Positions 29,161 to 37,595 of a stretch of 64,000 nt of DNA are shown here, piece after piece. Numbering within the stretch: the first letter of the stretch is position 1; each line of letters begins with the position of its first letter. The stretch is from a bacterium (GTDB taxonomy: Bacteria; Margulisbacteria; Marinamargulisbacteria; JABGVJ01): contig JABGVJ010000099.1 of the NCBI GenBank assembly GCA_018646105.1, positions 5,387 to 69,386 of the forward strand. Reading direction: 5' to 3'. The notes under the pieces were generated by a model. The model worked only from the letters and a program-made list of their open reading frames with translations. It did no database searches and was not told the DNA's origin. The position numbers were made by a program, and so were the translations under genes.

Positions 29161-29930
29161 GCTTCTATTTTTAACTCCTCAAAAGATTTAATACATTCAC
29201 AATCTAATCCAGTAAAATCATCCAATTCTCCCAAACCAGTTAATACGCCAATATTATGTTTAACCCCACTATTTATCCCCATTTTAATATCTACTACGTG
29301 ATCCCCAAAAACAGCCGCCTTTGATATATCTACTTTGCTTTGTGCCAAAATTTTATGTGCTAAATCTGGATATGGTTTGGTGTTTTCCACTTGATCCGCA
29401 CCAATAATATATTGAAAATATCTCGATATATTTAAAGTGTCTAAGGCAACCTTAGCTCTTGAAGTTATATCCGTGGTAACAATTGCCATTTTGATATTAT
29501 GTTTAGAGCACTGCTTTATAAAATTTAAAACACTAGGTAAAAGCTTAAGATATGGGGCTAAGTTTTTAGCTGTTAAGTGATCAACTTCTTTAAATATATT
29601 TTCAACTTCTCCTTCTTTTTTACTCATGTCATACTTATTAATAACTTCAGTAACCACTTTTACTATGTAGGTACGGGGTTTTATGCCAACTGGCCCCTCT
29701 GGTTTCATACGGCCTGTTTTTAAGTCTATTCCCATTCCATCTACTAATTCATCTCTTATTTTTTGACATTGTGAGAAATTTGAAAACCATTTGTCAACAA
29801 TAATCGCTGCTCTTTTTTTAATCATAGATCCCCAATAATGGTGAATATCAATAATTGTGCCATCTTTATCAAACATAATAAGTTCTATATTGGAAGAAAT
29901 AATCTTATCTCTAATAAAAAGTTTAGCCAT
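29157..29930 (-). CDS. HAD family phosphatase
   Basis: FDKDGTII motif I, IVTTD, KPYPD, FGDHVVD. Confidence 0.9.
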   Translation of the reverse strand: MAKLFIRDKIISSNIELIMFDKDGTIIDIHHYWGSMIKKRAAIIVDKWFSNFSQCQKIRDELVDGMGIDLKTGRMKPEGPVGIKPRTYIVKVVTEVINKYDMSKKEGEVENIFKEVDHLTAKNLAPYLKLLPSVLNFIKQCSKHNIKMAIVTTDITSRAKVALDTLNISRYFQYIIGADQVENTKPYPDLAHKILAQSKVDISKAAVFGDHVVDIKMGINSGVKHNIGVLTGLGELDDFTGLDCECIKSFEELKIEA

Positions 29931-29934
29931 TTTT

Positions 29935-30954
29935 TTATTCCTCTATGCTTTCGACAACAAGCTTTTTTGCAATACTAATGGCTGCAGATAAATTTTTAAA
30001 ATCCTTATAAAAATTATCGTTGCTAAGATATTCTCTGACAATTTTCCTGGCGTGTGTACCAATGGCGACTCCATTAAAATAAATATTACAAAGCTTTGCC
30101 ATTTTTGATGTATAACTGTTTGTGCCACCTGATAATAATATATTTAAATTCTGGAATTTAGAATCTTTCTCAATTAAGTTCTTCTGAATAACATCAGCAA
30201 TCGCAATTGCTTGCAAAGTAGTGTTATAATCATCGCTTCCCCCGCTCATAGGAACCCCATCTGCTTGAATAATAAGACGATCTCCGGCCATATTAGCTGC
30301 TTTCCTTATGCGATCAATAAGATGCGTATTTGATAGATGTTTCCGATCCAAACACATAGAAACAAAATGATTGGGCTGGATTTTATTAACTAAAGCCCAC
30401 TCTTTCATAATAGACTCATCCCCAAGCACGGCCGCATGAAGCTCAATATTTTCTGCGCCTGCTTTTAAGCATTCAGGTAAAATTTGTGCTAGTCCTTTTT
30501 CATTATGTTCATATGCTATGGCATTTACTGGGCATACTGATTCACAATGGCCACACCCAATACATAATTCCCTATTAATTACTAAGTTTGACGGTATTGC
30601 TTTTGTCGGACAAACCTCTATACATTGTTTACATTTAATGCATTTTGCAGAAATAATTTTAGCTTTCCTTACATGATGATCTCCTGGCATCCCCACACTA
30701 ACTGTAATGAAAGGACGAATTGCTATATTAATATTTAGTTCTTTAGCTAATTGATAAGCTATATCAATCCCTTTTACACACCCTTTTACTACTGCGGGGG
30801 TAGCAGACACATCAAGGCCATTAGCGCCCGCTAAAGTATAAATCACGGCTAGCTTACGAACCTCATCTACATTTTCATTCCCAGCCCCACATACTAACTT
30901 AAAATACTTCCCTTTTTGAAGTAATTCTTTCATTTCTTTGTATCGTTCATTCAT
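29935..30954 (-). CDS. ldpA: LdpA-like iron-sulfur protein (2x[4Fe-4S] ferredoxin inserted in an LdpA-type domain)
   Basis: YFKLVCGAG...YTLAGA...DVSA, DHHVRKA, CIKCKQCIEVCP and CIGCGHCESVCP, IELH, QADGVPMSG and LSGGTN match the motif order I recall for cyanobacterial LdpA. Confidence 0.85.
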   Translation of the reverse strand: MNERYKEMKELLQKGKYFKLVCGAGNENVDEVRKLAVIYTLAGANGLDVSATPAVVKGCVKGIDIAYQLAKELNINIAIRPFITVSVGMPGDHHVRKAKIISAKCIKCKQCIEVCPTKAIPSNLVINRELCIGCGHCESVCPVNAIAYEHNEKGLAQILPECLKAGAENIELHAAVLGDESIMKEWALVNKIQPNHFVSMCLDRKHLSNTHLIDRIRKAANMAGDRLIIQADGVPMSGGSDDYNTTLQAIAIADVIQKNLIEKDSKFQNLNILLSGGTNSYTSKMAKLCNIYFNGVAIGTHARKIVREYLSNDNFYKDFKNLSAAISIAKKLVVESIEE

Positions 30955-30984
30955 ATACTTACCTCCAAAAAATTTAAATTATAT

Positions 30985-32619
30985 TTATAATAAACTGTAA
31001 ACAGAACAAACTGGTATATTGTAATTTGTTGGTAAAATTGAAGCTATTTTTTTATCTTCTGTATATTTACTATTTAACAAAATATCCCAAAAATCCTGCA
31101 TTTCTTTGCCTTCTTCTCTATTATCTCCATCTTGAAAACCATCAAAACCAGCCACATAAATATTCTTAGGCTTAGATAAAAGAGCTATACCAACAGCAAA
31201 AATCCCAACCAAATATGAAGTTAAGATTACTTTTTCATTATTAATCTCAAAATTATTTGCCTCTAAGCTATAATTTAAGCTCTTTAAATTTTCTTTCTGA
31301 AAAAATTCAGGTGCTTTTTTTAATCCGGTTACAATTTCTTTGACCTTTACTAAAATATTTTTATCTTTTAATTCTGATAAACGAACTTTGTTTAAAACCG
31401 CAATTGTTCTTGGAATATCCTTTAAAACCTCTACATTATTACATTCTATAACTAAAGGCTGCTGTTTATTAATAAATGCTTTTAGGGCATTTTCATGCTC
31501 TTTAATCGAAGGCCCTTTGGCAACTATTAATACTGACTCAGCCCCCTGCGCTTTGTATTTGGGAATTACAAACGTATCGTTTTGTTCAACGGTTTCTTTT
31601 CTTAAAACTTTATTACTAACTTCAACAAGTTTTGAAGCGTTATACTTTTCTCTGTTTTCTTTAGGAATACCTCTTAAAATTTCATTAACCTGGGCCATTG
31701 TATATTGATGTGCTGATCTTAATTTTTGACAATATGTTGGATGAAGATTTTCCAGCCCACTTAACATATAACTTAAATTCCAACCCCATCTGTATTTATT
31801 ATTAAGGGGAATAAAGTGTTTTTCTATAACGTCTAATAAAGAAAAGGCATTAAAATTTTTCCTGTCATTATTAAAATACATTGCCAATATAATTTGCTCT
31901 AATTTAAGATTACCAGCCCCCCTCCCCATGCCAGTTACGGTAGCATCAATAAAACTGATGCCTTCTTCAATAGCGCTCAACGTATTAGCATATGCTAAAC
32001 CTTGACTATCATGTGCATGGAATCCAATTTCACCTTTAAAATAAGTGCTAAATAATTTTTTGTAATAAGCGATATTTTTTACTGAAAAATTACCAAATGA
32101 ATCAGCAAAGTACAAAACTTTAAAAGGCGCATCTTTGATTTTTTTTAAGCCATCAATAATTTGACTTTCATTTAATAACGACACTCCCATAAAATTAAAA
32201 ACAACCTGATATCCTAATTCGGAAAGTAAACATGCTAACTTATTGGCTCCCTCAATTGTTTCATAATACGAAGCAACACGGCACCAATGAAAAACAGAAT
32301 CTTTTTGTGATTTTACAATACTATATAGTGCTTCTTTATTGATTTGACCATCAGCCAGTAAAAACTCTTTAGCATCTAGCATAAAAGCATATTCCATATT
32401 AGGGTATCTTTTAAGAAATTGAAGTTGGCTTTCACTACAATATTTACATAATCCGTAAAACTGATTTGTATTAAGAGACTTATACCCCATTTCAACGATA
32501 TCAACGCCACTTTTACTGAGCGCGTCAATAAGTTTTTCTATCAAATTTAGATCAAAATTCCAATTATTATAATAACCACCGTCTCTTAAAGTGCAATCTA
32601 AAATAGTTGTTTTTTTCAT
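30985..32619 (-). CDS. HMGL-like (DRE-TIM, 4-hydroxy-2-oxovalerate aldolase-like) protein with extra C-terminal domain
   Basis: ILDCTLRDGGY, YFADSFG, GFHAHDSQGLAYAN, DATVTGMGRGAGN; C-terminal domain with AKGPS and YVAGFDG. Confidence 0.9.
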   Translation of the reverse strand: MKKTTILDCTLRDGGYYNNWNFDLNLIEKLIDALSKSGVDIVEMGYKSLNTNQFYGLCKYCSESQLQFLKRYPNMEYAFMLDAKEFLLADGQINKEALYSIVKSQKDSVFHWCRVASYYETIEGANKLACLLSELGYQVVFNFMGVSLLNESQIIDGLKKIKDAPFKVLYFADSFGNFSVKNIAYYKKLFSTYFKGEIGFHAHDSQGLAYANTLSAIEEGISFIDATVTGMGRGAGNLKLEQIILAMYFNNDRKNFNAFSLLDVIEKHFIPLNNKYRWGWNLSYMLSGLENLHPTYCQKLRSAHQYTMAQVNEILRGIPKENREKYNASKLVEVSNKVLRKETVEQNDTFVIPKYKAQGAESVLIVAKGPSIKEHENALKAFINKQQPLVIECNNVEVLKDIPRTIAVLNKVRLSELKDKNILVKVKEIVTGLKKAPEFFQKENLKSLNYSLEANNFEINNEKVILTSYLVGIFAVGIALLSKPKNIYVAGFDGFQDGDNREEGKEMQDFWDILLNSKYTEDKKIASILPTNYNIPVCSVYSLL

Positions 32620-32641
32620 TTTTGTTCCTTTACTGTAAAGT

Positions 32642-32670
32642 ATTATATCATTTTTTCAAATTTGAACGAA
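32642..32670 (-). promoter_or_regulatory. extended -10 promoter of the aldolase/LdpA operon with a palindrome
   Basis: minus strand TGATATAAT (32650-32642); perfect palindrome TTCAAATTTGAA (32655-32666) immediately upstream. Confidence 0.5.
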
Positions 32671-32717
32671 CGTCTGTTATCATATTTTTTTTTAGTTTAG
32701 CTGTTTTCTGTATAGGA

Positions 32718-32747
32718 TTGACAGCTCTGCTATACGAATTATAAAAT
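32718..32747 (+). promoter_or_regulatory. sigma70-type promoter for the rightward polysaccharide genes
   Basis: TTGACA (32718-32723), then TATAAA at 16-bp or TAAAAT at 18-bp spacing. Confidence 0.6.
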
Positions 32748-32855
32748 GTCTTATGTTAAAATACTTAACAAAAAATAGATAATTTAGGTTTTTAGTAGGA
32801 GATATTTATTTTCGTGTTTTTATTAAATTTAAATTATTTATTAAGGAAATATAAG

Positions 32856-34142
32856 ATGAAAAAATATAAAACACTTATATTTTTAATGAATTTTATTTTA
32901 GGAAGACCTCCTAAAATAGGGGAAATAAAATCAGTTTGTAATAGAATAAAAAAACAATATTTTTTACAACTTAATACAAAAGATATTTTTTTGGATAGAG
33001 TAAAATTATTTCTTCATATATTAATTTTTCCATTTAAGTTTTCTTTTAATTTAAATAAGTCTAAAGCAAAAATATTTATATATGATATAGAAAAAAAAGA
33101 TATAAGAAAAAGGTTTGTGCAATATTATCGACAAAAAGAAGGCCAAAATTTAGATTTAAAAGATATTGAAATTTTTCGAAGTAATGAATTTTATTATAAC
33201 GATATAAGCGTAAAAACAATATTTTTTTTAATTAAAATATGGGTAATATTTTTAGGATGTAGTTTTTTTTCTTTTTTCGATCGTACTAGCTGTTCATATT
33301 TATGGCTTTTATGTGTATTAAATAATATTGCTAATGCGATTTTTACCAATAAGGGCGTTTCTGAATTATATTTTTCTTATCTATATAATATACAATCATA
33401 TTTTTCTGTTTTACTAATTAGTAATATATTAGAAAATCAAATTTATTTAATTTCTGGGAATAGTATGCTTTATACAATTAATAGATATACTAGTGCAGAA
33501 AAATGCAATTTTATTTTATGTTCTAAATATCAGGAAGAAGAAGCTAATAATTTTATAAATTTGCATTGGATAAAAGTGAAGAGTATTAAATTGTGGGGGT
33601 TAGATGGGGCTTCATTTTATGAAGATTTAAAACCACAAAATTTTTTATATGATGTAGGTATTTATAGCAGTGTTTCTTGGGCCAGGGTAGATGGCGTTTG
33701 GCGAGCAAATGATATAAAGGCAATAAAAAATTATAAGTATATAAAAAATGAACGATATGCTAATTTTTTAAAAATTTTGGACGAAATTATAGAACTGAAA
33801 AAAAAAACAGGGATAAAAGTTAAGTTTTATTTGCATCCTTTTGAAAGATATTTATATAAAGTTCATAAAATAAAGCCTCCTTATTTTTCTATTTTAGTTA
33901 AAGAAGGTATAGCTGTTGATTTTAAAGATGATAATTCAATTAAAAAAATGTATGAGGCTAAAGTAGGAGTTACTTTATGTTCGACAATTATTTTTGATAG
34001 ATTACATTATGGTTTAGAGGGCTTTATTTATGCTGAATGGCCTCAACACAAAATGTTTAATCCTAAATTTATGGGGAAATATCAAGCTAATATTTTTTAT
34101 AATTTTGATGAGCTTCAAGCAAAAATAAAAAAAGCTTTATAA
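32856..34142 (+). CDS. hypothetical protein, candidate CMP-sugar-dependent GT-B glycosyltransferase
   Basis: C-terminal KFYLHPFER (HP motif) and VTLCSTIIFD...G; start at ATG 32856 after AAGGA (ORF track gives 32814). Confidence 0.5.
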   Translation: MKKYKTLIFLMNFILGRPPKIGEIKSVCNRIKKQYFLQLNTKDIFLDRVKLFLHILIFPFKFSFNLNKSKAKIFIYDIEKKDIRKRFVQYYRQKEGQNLDLKDIEIFRSNEFYYNDISVKTIFFLIKIWVIFLGCSFFSFFDRTSCSYLWLLCVLNNIANAIFTNKGVSELYFSYLYNIQSYFSVLLISNILENQIYLISGNSMLYTINRYTSAEKCNFILCSKYQEEEANNFINLHWIKVKSIKLWGLDGASFYEDLKPQNFLYDVGIYSSVSWARVDGVWRANDIKAIKNYKYIKNERYANFLKILDEIIELKKKTGIKVKFYLHPFERYLYKVHKIKPPYFSILVKEGIAVDFKDDNSIKKMYEAKVGVTLCSTIIFDRLHYGLEGFIYAEWPQHKMFNPKFMGKYQANIFYNFDELQAKIKKAL

Positions 34143-34161
34143 AAAGAAATTATAAATAATT

Positions 34162-35649
34162 ATGACTAAATATATTCATTCAGGTAGCCATATAAAAACA
34201 CTTTTAAAAAATTCTTCTTGGTATTTTATATCCTCCATTTTATCAAAAGGCTTAGGCATAATTCTTATGCCAATTATGACGCGTTTGTTAACTACGACAG
34301 ATTATGGGCTTTTATCAAATTTAAATGCGATAATTGGTTTTGTTACTGTGTTCATTTCATTATATATTGACAGTGCTTTTAATCGATTTTATTTTGAGCA
34401 CAATGAAAGTCAAAAATCGCTTAAGGAATATATCAGTACATTTTTTTGGTTTGTAACTTTTTGGGGGGCATTTGTAACTTTTATTTTAATAATAGTTAGT
34501 AAATTTTACTTAGCTTCATTATATTCAATAAAATTTTTCCCTCTTCTTTTTGGAGCTTCAATCATTCCATTATTTATTCAGCTAGCCGCGTTTGGCTCAC
34601 ATTATTTAAGAAATAATCTTAAAATAAAATTAATTGTTATTCCTAATTTAGTTATATCTATACTAACAATTATCGTAAGTATCTTTTTGATTATTAAATT
34701 TGATTTAGGAGTTGTAGGTAGATTTTATGGTATTTTATTAGGTGTTTTCTTGTCGTTTATATATTTTACTTTTATTTTAATTCAAAAAAAGTTAATCATA
34801 TTTTATTTAGATAAAAAGTTAATCATAGCTGGGTTGAAATACTCTCTTCCTCTTGTTCCTTTAGCTCTTTCTTCTTGGATAACGCAATTAAGTGATCGTA
34901 TTATTCTTACTTATTATACAGATTTTTCAGAAACAGGTTTGTATGATGTTGCATATAAAGCCTCTTTAACTTTAAGAATATTTACAGAATCAATATTTCA
35001 GGTTTATTCTCCAATGATGATATCAATGTATACTCATGATAAAGAAGCGTTTAGAAGTAAGTTAAAGAAGTTTATTCCTCAGTTTAATTGGATAATGCTT
35101 TTTGCTGCTTTTTATTTGGCTATTTTATCAAAAGAAATAATTATAATATTGACAGGTAGTAAATTTCATAGCGCCTATACTTTGGTTCCTATTATTGTTT
35201 TTGCCTATTATATTAGTTCGCATCAAAAATATTTTGGGTCAATTTTTGGATTAAAGAAAAAGACATATTTAAGCACAGTTGGATATTTTTTGCAGGCGTT
35301 GATTAATTTAACATTAAATATTATTTTTATTCCAATTTTAGGAAAAGTTGCTGCCGCATGGTCTACTTTTTTTTCATTATTCTTTTTAACGATATGGAGT
35401 GGTTTTTGGTTTTTTAAATGGGAGAGTGTTAAAATAGAATGGAATAAGATTATCAAGACTTTTTTGATTTTGATCATAGTTTATATAGTATATTTAGGCA
35501 TTAATACTGTTTTTAAGTATACAGCAGTGCCAATGTTCTTTATTAAATTATTAATAACAGCTCCGGTTATTCTTTTCTTTACTTATAAATTTGAGATTAT
35601 TAACATCAAAGGAATCATGGGCATATTTAACAAAAAAGGATTTAAATAA
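34162..35649 (+). CDS. wzx: oligosaccharide flippase
   Basis: about 12-14 TM; KNSSWY, TRLLTTTDYG, KYSLPL, SDRIIL, TGLYDVA. Confidence 0.92.
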   Translation: MTKYIHSGSHIKTLLKNSSWYFISSILSKGLGIILMPIMTRLLTTTDYGLLSNLNAIIGFVTVFISLYIDSAFNRFYFEHNESQKSLKEYISTFFWFVTFWGAFVTFILIIVSKFYLASLYSIKFFPLLFGASIIPLFIQLAAFGSHYLRNNLKIKLIVIPNLVISILTIIVSIFLIIKFDLGVVGRFYGILLGVFLSFIYFTFILIQKKLIIFYLDKKLIIAGLKYSLPLVPLALSSWITQLSDRIILTYYTDFSETGLYDVAYKASLTLRIFTESIFQVYSPMMISMYTHDKEAFRSKLKKFIPQFNWIMLFAAFYLAILSKEIIIILTGSKFHSAYTLVPIIVFAYYISSHQKYFGSIFGLKKKTYLSTVGYFLQALINLTLNIIFIPILGKVAAAWSTFFSLFFLTIWSGFWFFKWESVKIEWNKIIKTFLILIIVYIVYLGINTVFKYTAVPMFFIKLLITAPVILFFTYKFEIINIKGIMGIFNKKGFK

Positions 35650-35658
35650 AAATTTCAT

Positions 35659-36804
35659 ATGAAAATTATTTTTACAGGAGATTTATCAGCAAGCGGGATT
35701 TTTTATTCAAAAATAAAAAATAGTGAAAATGTTTTTTCTCAAGAAATAACTTCTTTTTTTAATCAAGCTAATTTTGTTCATGTTAATTTAGAAAATCCGA
35801 TTACGAATCAGCCATTTAGAAAAGATAAAAGAGGAGCAGCTTTAAGAGCTCCTTTGGAAGTTGTTAATTTATTGCAAAAAAATAATATAAATATTTGTTT
35901 ATTAGCCAACAATCATATTGTTGATTGTGGAAAGGCAGGTTTATTAGACACAATTTCAATTTTAAATAAAAATAATATTTTATACTATGGAATTTCAAAT
36001 AAACCTAAATATATTATTCTTAAAAAAGAAAATATGAGAATAGCTTTAATATCTTCTGCTCATATAGAAGGTCCGATGGGAAATGAAAATAGATTAGGGC
36101 CCTATTTTTTAAATAATAGAAGAATTAAAAAAATAATAGAGGAAATTAAAAAAAATGAAAATGTAGATAGCATAATATATAATTATCATGGAGGAACAGA
36201 ATATAATATTATTCCAGAACCTCAGAGAAGAAGGTTTTTTAAAGAACTTATTAATTATGGAGTAGATATAGTTTTTGGGCATCACGCACATGTTCCTCAA
36301 GGAGTTGAAAGACATAAAAATGGTATTATATTTTATGGTTTAGGAAATTTGGTGTTTGATTTGAAATCACAAAAAGATAAAGCATATACGAATTTATCTT
36401 ATTTTATAGAATTGAATTTTAAAAAAAATAAGCCTGTAGAGTTTATGGAGCATTTTTATTATATTGATTATAAAATGGGTAGAATTATTTTGCTTCAAGA
36501 TGATTCTATTAAAAAACGTATAAAAAACAAAATACAGGTTTTTAAAGATGAGGAAGAATATAAACAAGCCTGGTTAGAAGAATCTTATAGAGTTTATTTA
36601 TTTAATAGAAAAATAGATTTTTTTTCATCTAATTTACCTAATAATGAAATAAACAAAAATAATAATAAACAAAAAAAAAGAAATATATTAAATAGAATTT
36701 TAAGTTTAATAAAAAGATTAAGCTTAGATAGTATAAAATCAAATAAAAGGCCTTTTGTTATTGGCGCTATAAAAAGGGGTTTAAAATATGGAGTTAGGAG
36801 GTGA
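35659..36804 (+). CDS. CapA/PgsA family metallophosphoesterase-fold protein
   Basis: FTGD, NLENP, LANNHIVD, HGGTEY, GHHAHVPQG, YGLGNLVF. Confidence 0.88.
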   Translation: MKIIFTGDLSASGIFYSKIKNSENVFSQEITSFFNQANFVHVNLENPITNQPFRKDKRGAALRAPLEVVNLLQKNNINICLLANNHIVDCGKAGLLDTISILNKNNILYYGISNKPKYIILKKENMRIALISSAHIEGPMGNENRLGPYFLNNRRIKKIIEEIKKNENVDSIIYNYHGGTEYNIIPEPQRRRFFKELINYGVDIVFGHHAHVPQGVERHKNGIIFYGLGNLVFDLKSQKDKAYTNLSYFIELNFKKNKPVEFMEHFYYIDYKMGRIILLQDDSIKKRIKNKIQVFKDEEEYKQAWLEESYRVYLFNRKIDFFSSNLPNNEINKNNNKQKKRNILNRILSLIKRLSLDSIKSNKRPFVIGAIKRGLKYGVRR

Positions 36805-36862
36805 ATAATAATTTGATTGTTTTTAGATTATTATGATTGAAATATTTAATTAAGGAGAGATT

Positions 36863-37579
36863 ATGAAAAGGTTTTTTTATAAAATTTTAGAGAAAATCGG
36901 CTTGTATTGTAACAATAAATGTTTGAAATATATTTATTTTAATAAGAAAAAATCAAATTATTTATATGAAAGAGTAATTGAATTTGCTTTTACATTGGAG
37001 AAATTAAGTGAAAATAAAATTCTTAATGTATTAGATGTAGGAACTGGCACCAATTCTTTTTCTTCCACGTTAGAACATTGTGGATTTAATGTTACTGCTA
37101 GTGATTTGATGGGTAGTTATTGGTCTTTTTTTCAAAATAGACATATATTTGTTTATAAAGATGATATTACGAAATCGAAGTTTGAATCAGAAAAATTTGA
37201 TGCAGTAACTTGTATTTCAACTTTAGAACATATTGAAGATTATAATGCGGCAATTAAACAGATGGTAAGAATTATTAAAAGTAAAGGGTTGTTAATTTTG
37301 ACTTTTCCGTACTCTTGTGATGAATTTTGTGAAAATGTTTATAAACTTAAAACAGCAGATAAAATGGCGCAAGGTTTTAGATATATTGCAAGGTCATTTT
37401 GTGATGATCAAATTGAAGAATGGTGTTCTAGATTTAATATAGAGATAGCTGATAAAAAATATATAAGAGGTTGGGACGGAAAGTTTTGGAGAAGTGGGAA
37501 AAGGATCGATTTTCCATATGAAGTTAAAGAAAAAGAAAAAGCCAATGCTATATGCCTAGTTTTTAAAAAAAGAATGTGA
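36863..37579 (+). CDS. class I SAM-dependent methyltransferase
   Basis: VLDVGTG, FDAVTCISTLEHI, GLLILTFP. Confidence 0.88.
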   Translation: MKRFFYKILEKIGLYCNNKCLKYIYFNKKKSNYLYERVIEFAFTLEKLSENKILNVLDVGTGTNSFSSTLEHCGFNVTASDLMGSYWSFFQNRHIFVYKDDITKSKFESEKFDAVTCISTLEHIEDYNAAIKQMVRIIKSKGLLILTFPYSCDEFCENVYKLKTADKMAQGFRYIARSFCDDQIEEWCSRFNIEIADKKYIRGWDGKFWRSGKRIDFPYEVKEKEKANAICLVFKKRM

Positions 37580-37595
37580 AAATTGGAGTTAATAG

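Noticed and set aside
34786-34827. Repeated AAAAAGTTAATCATA (KKLII twice) in wzx
   Set aside because: Short, very AT-rich and in frame; no evidence of function
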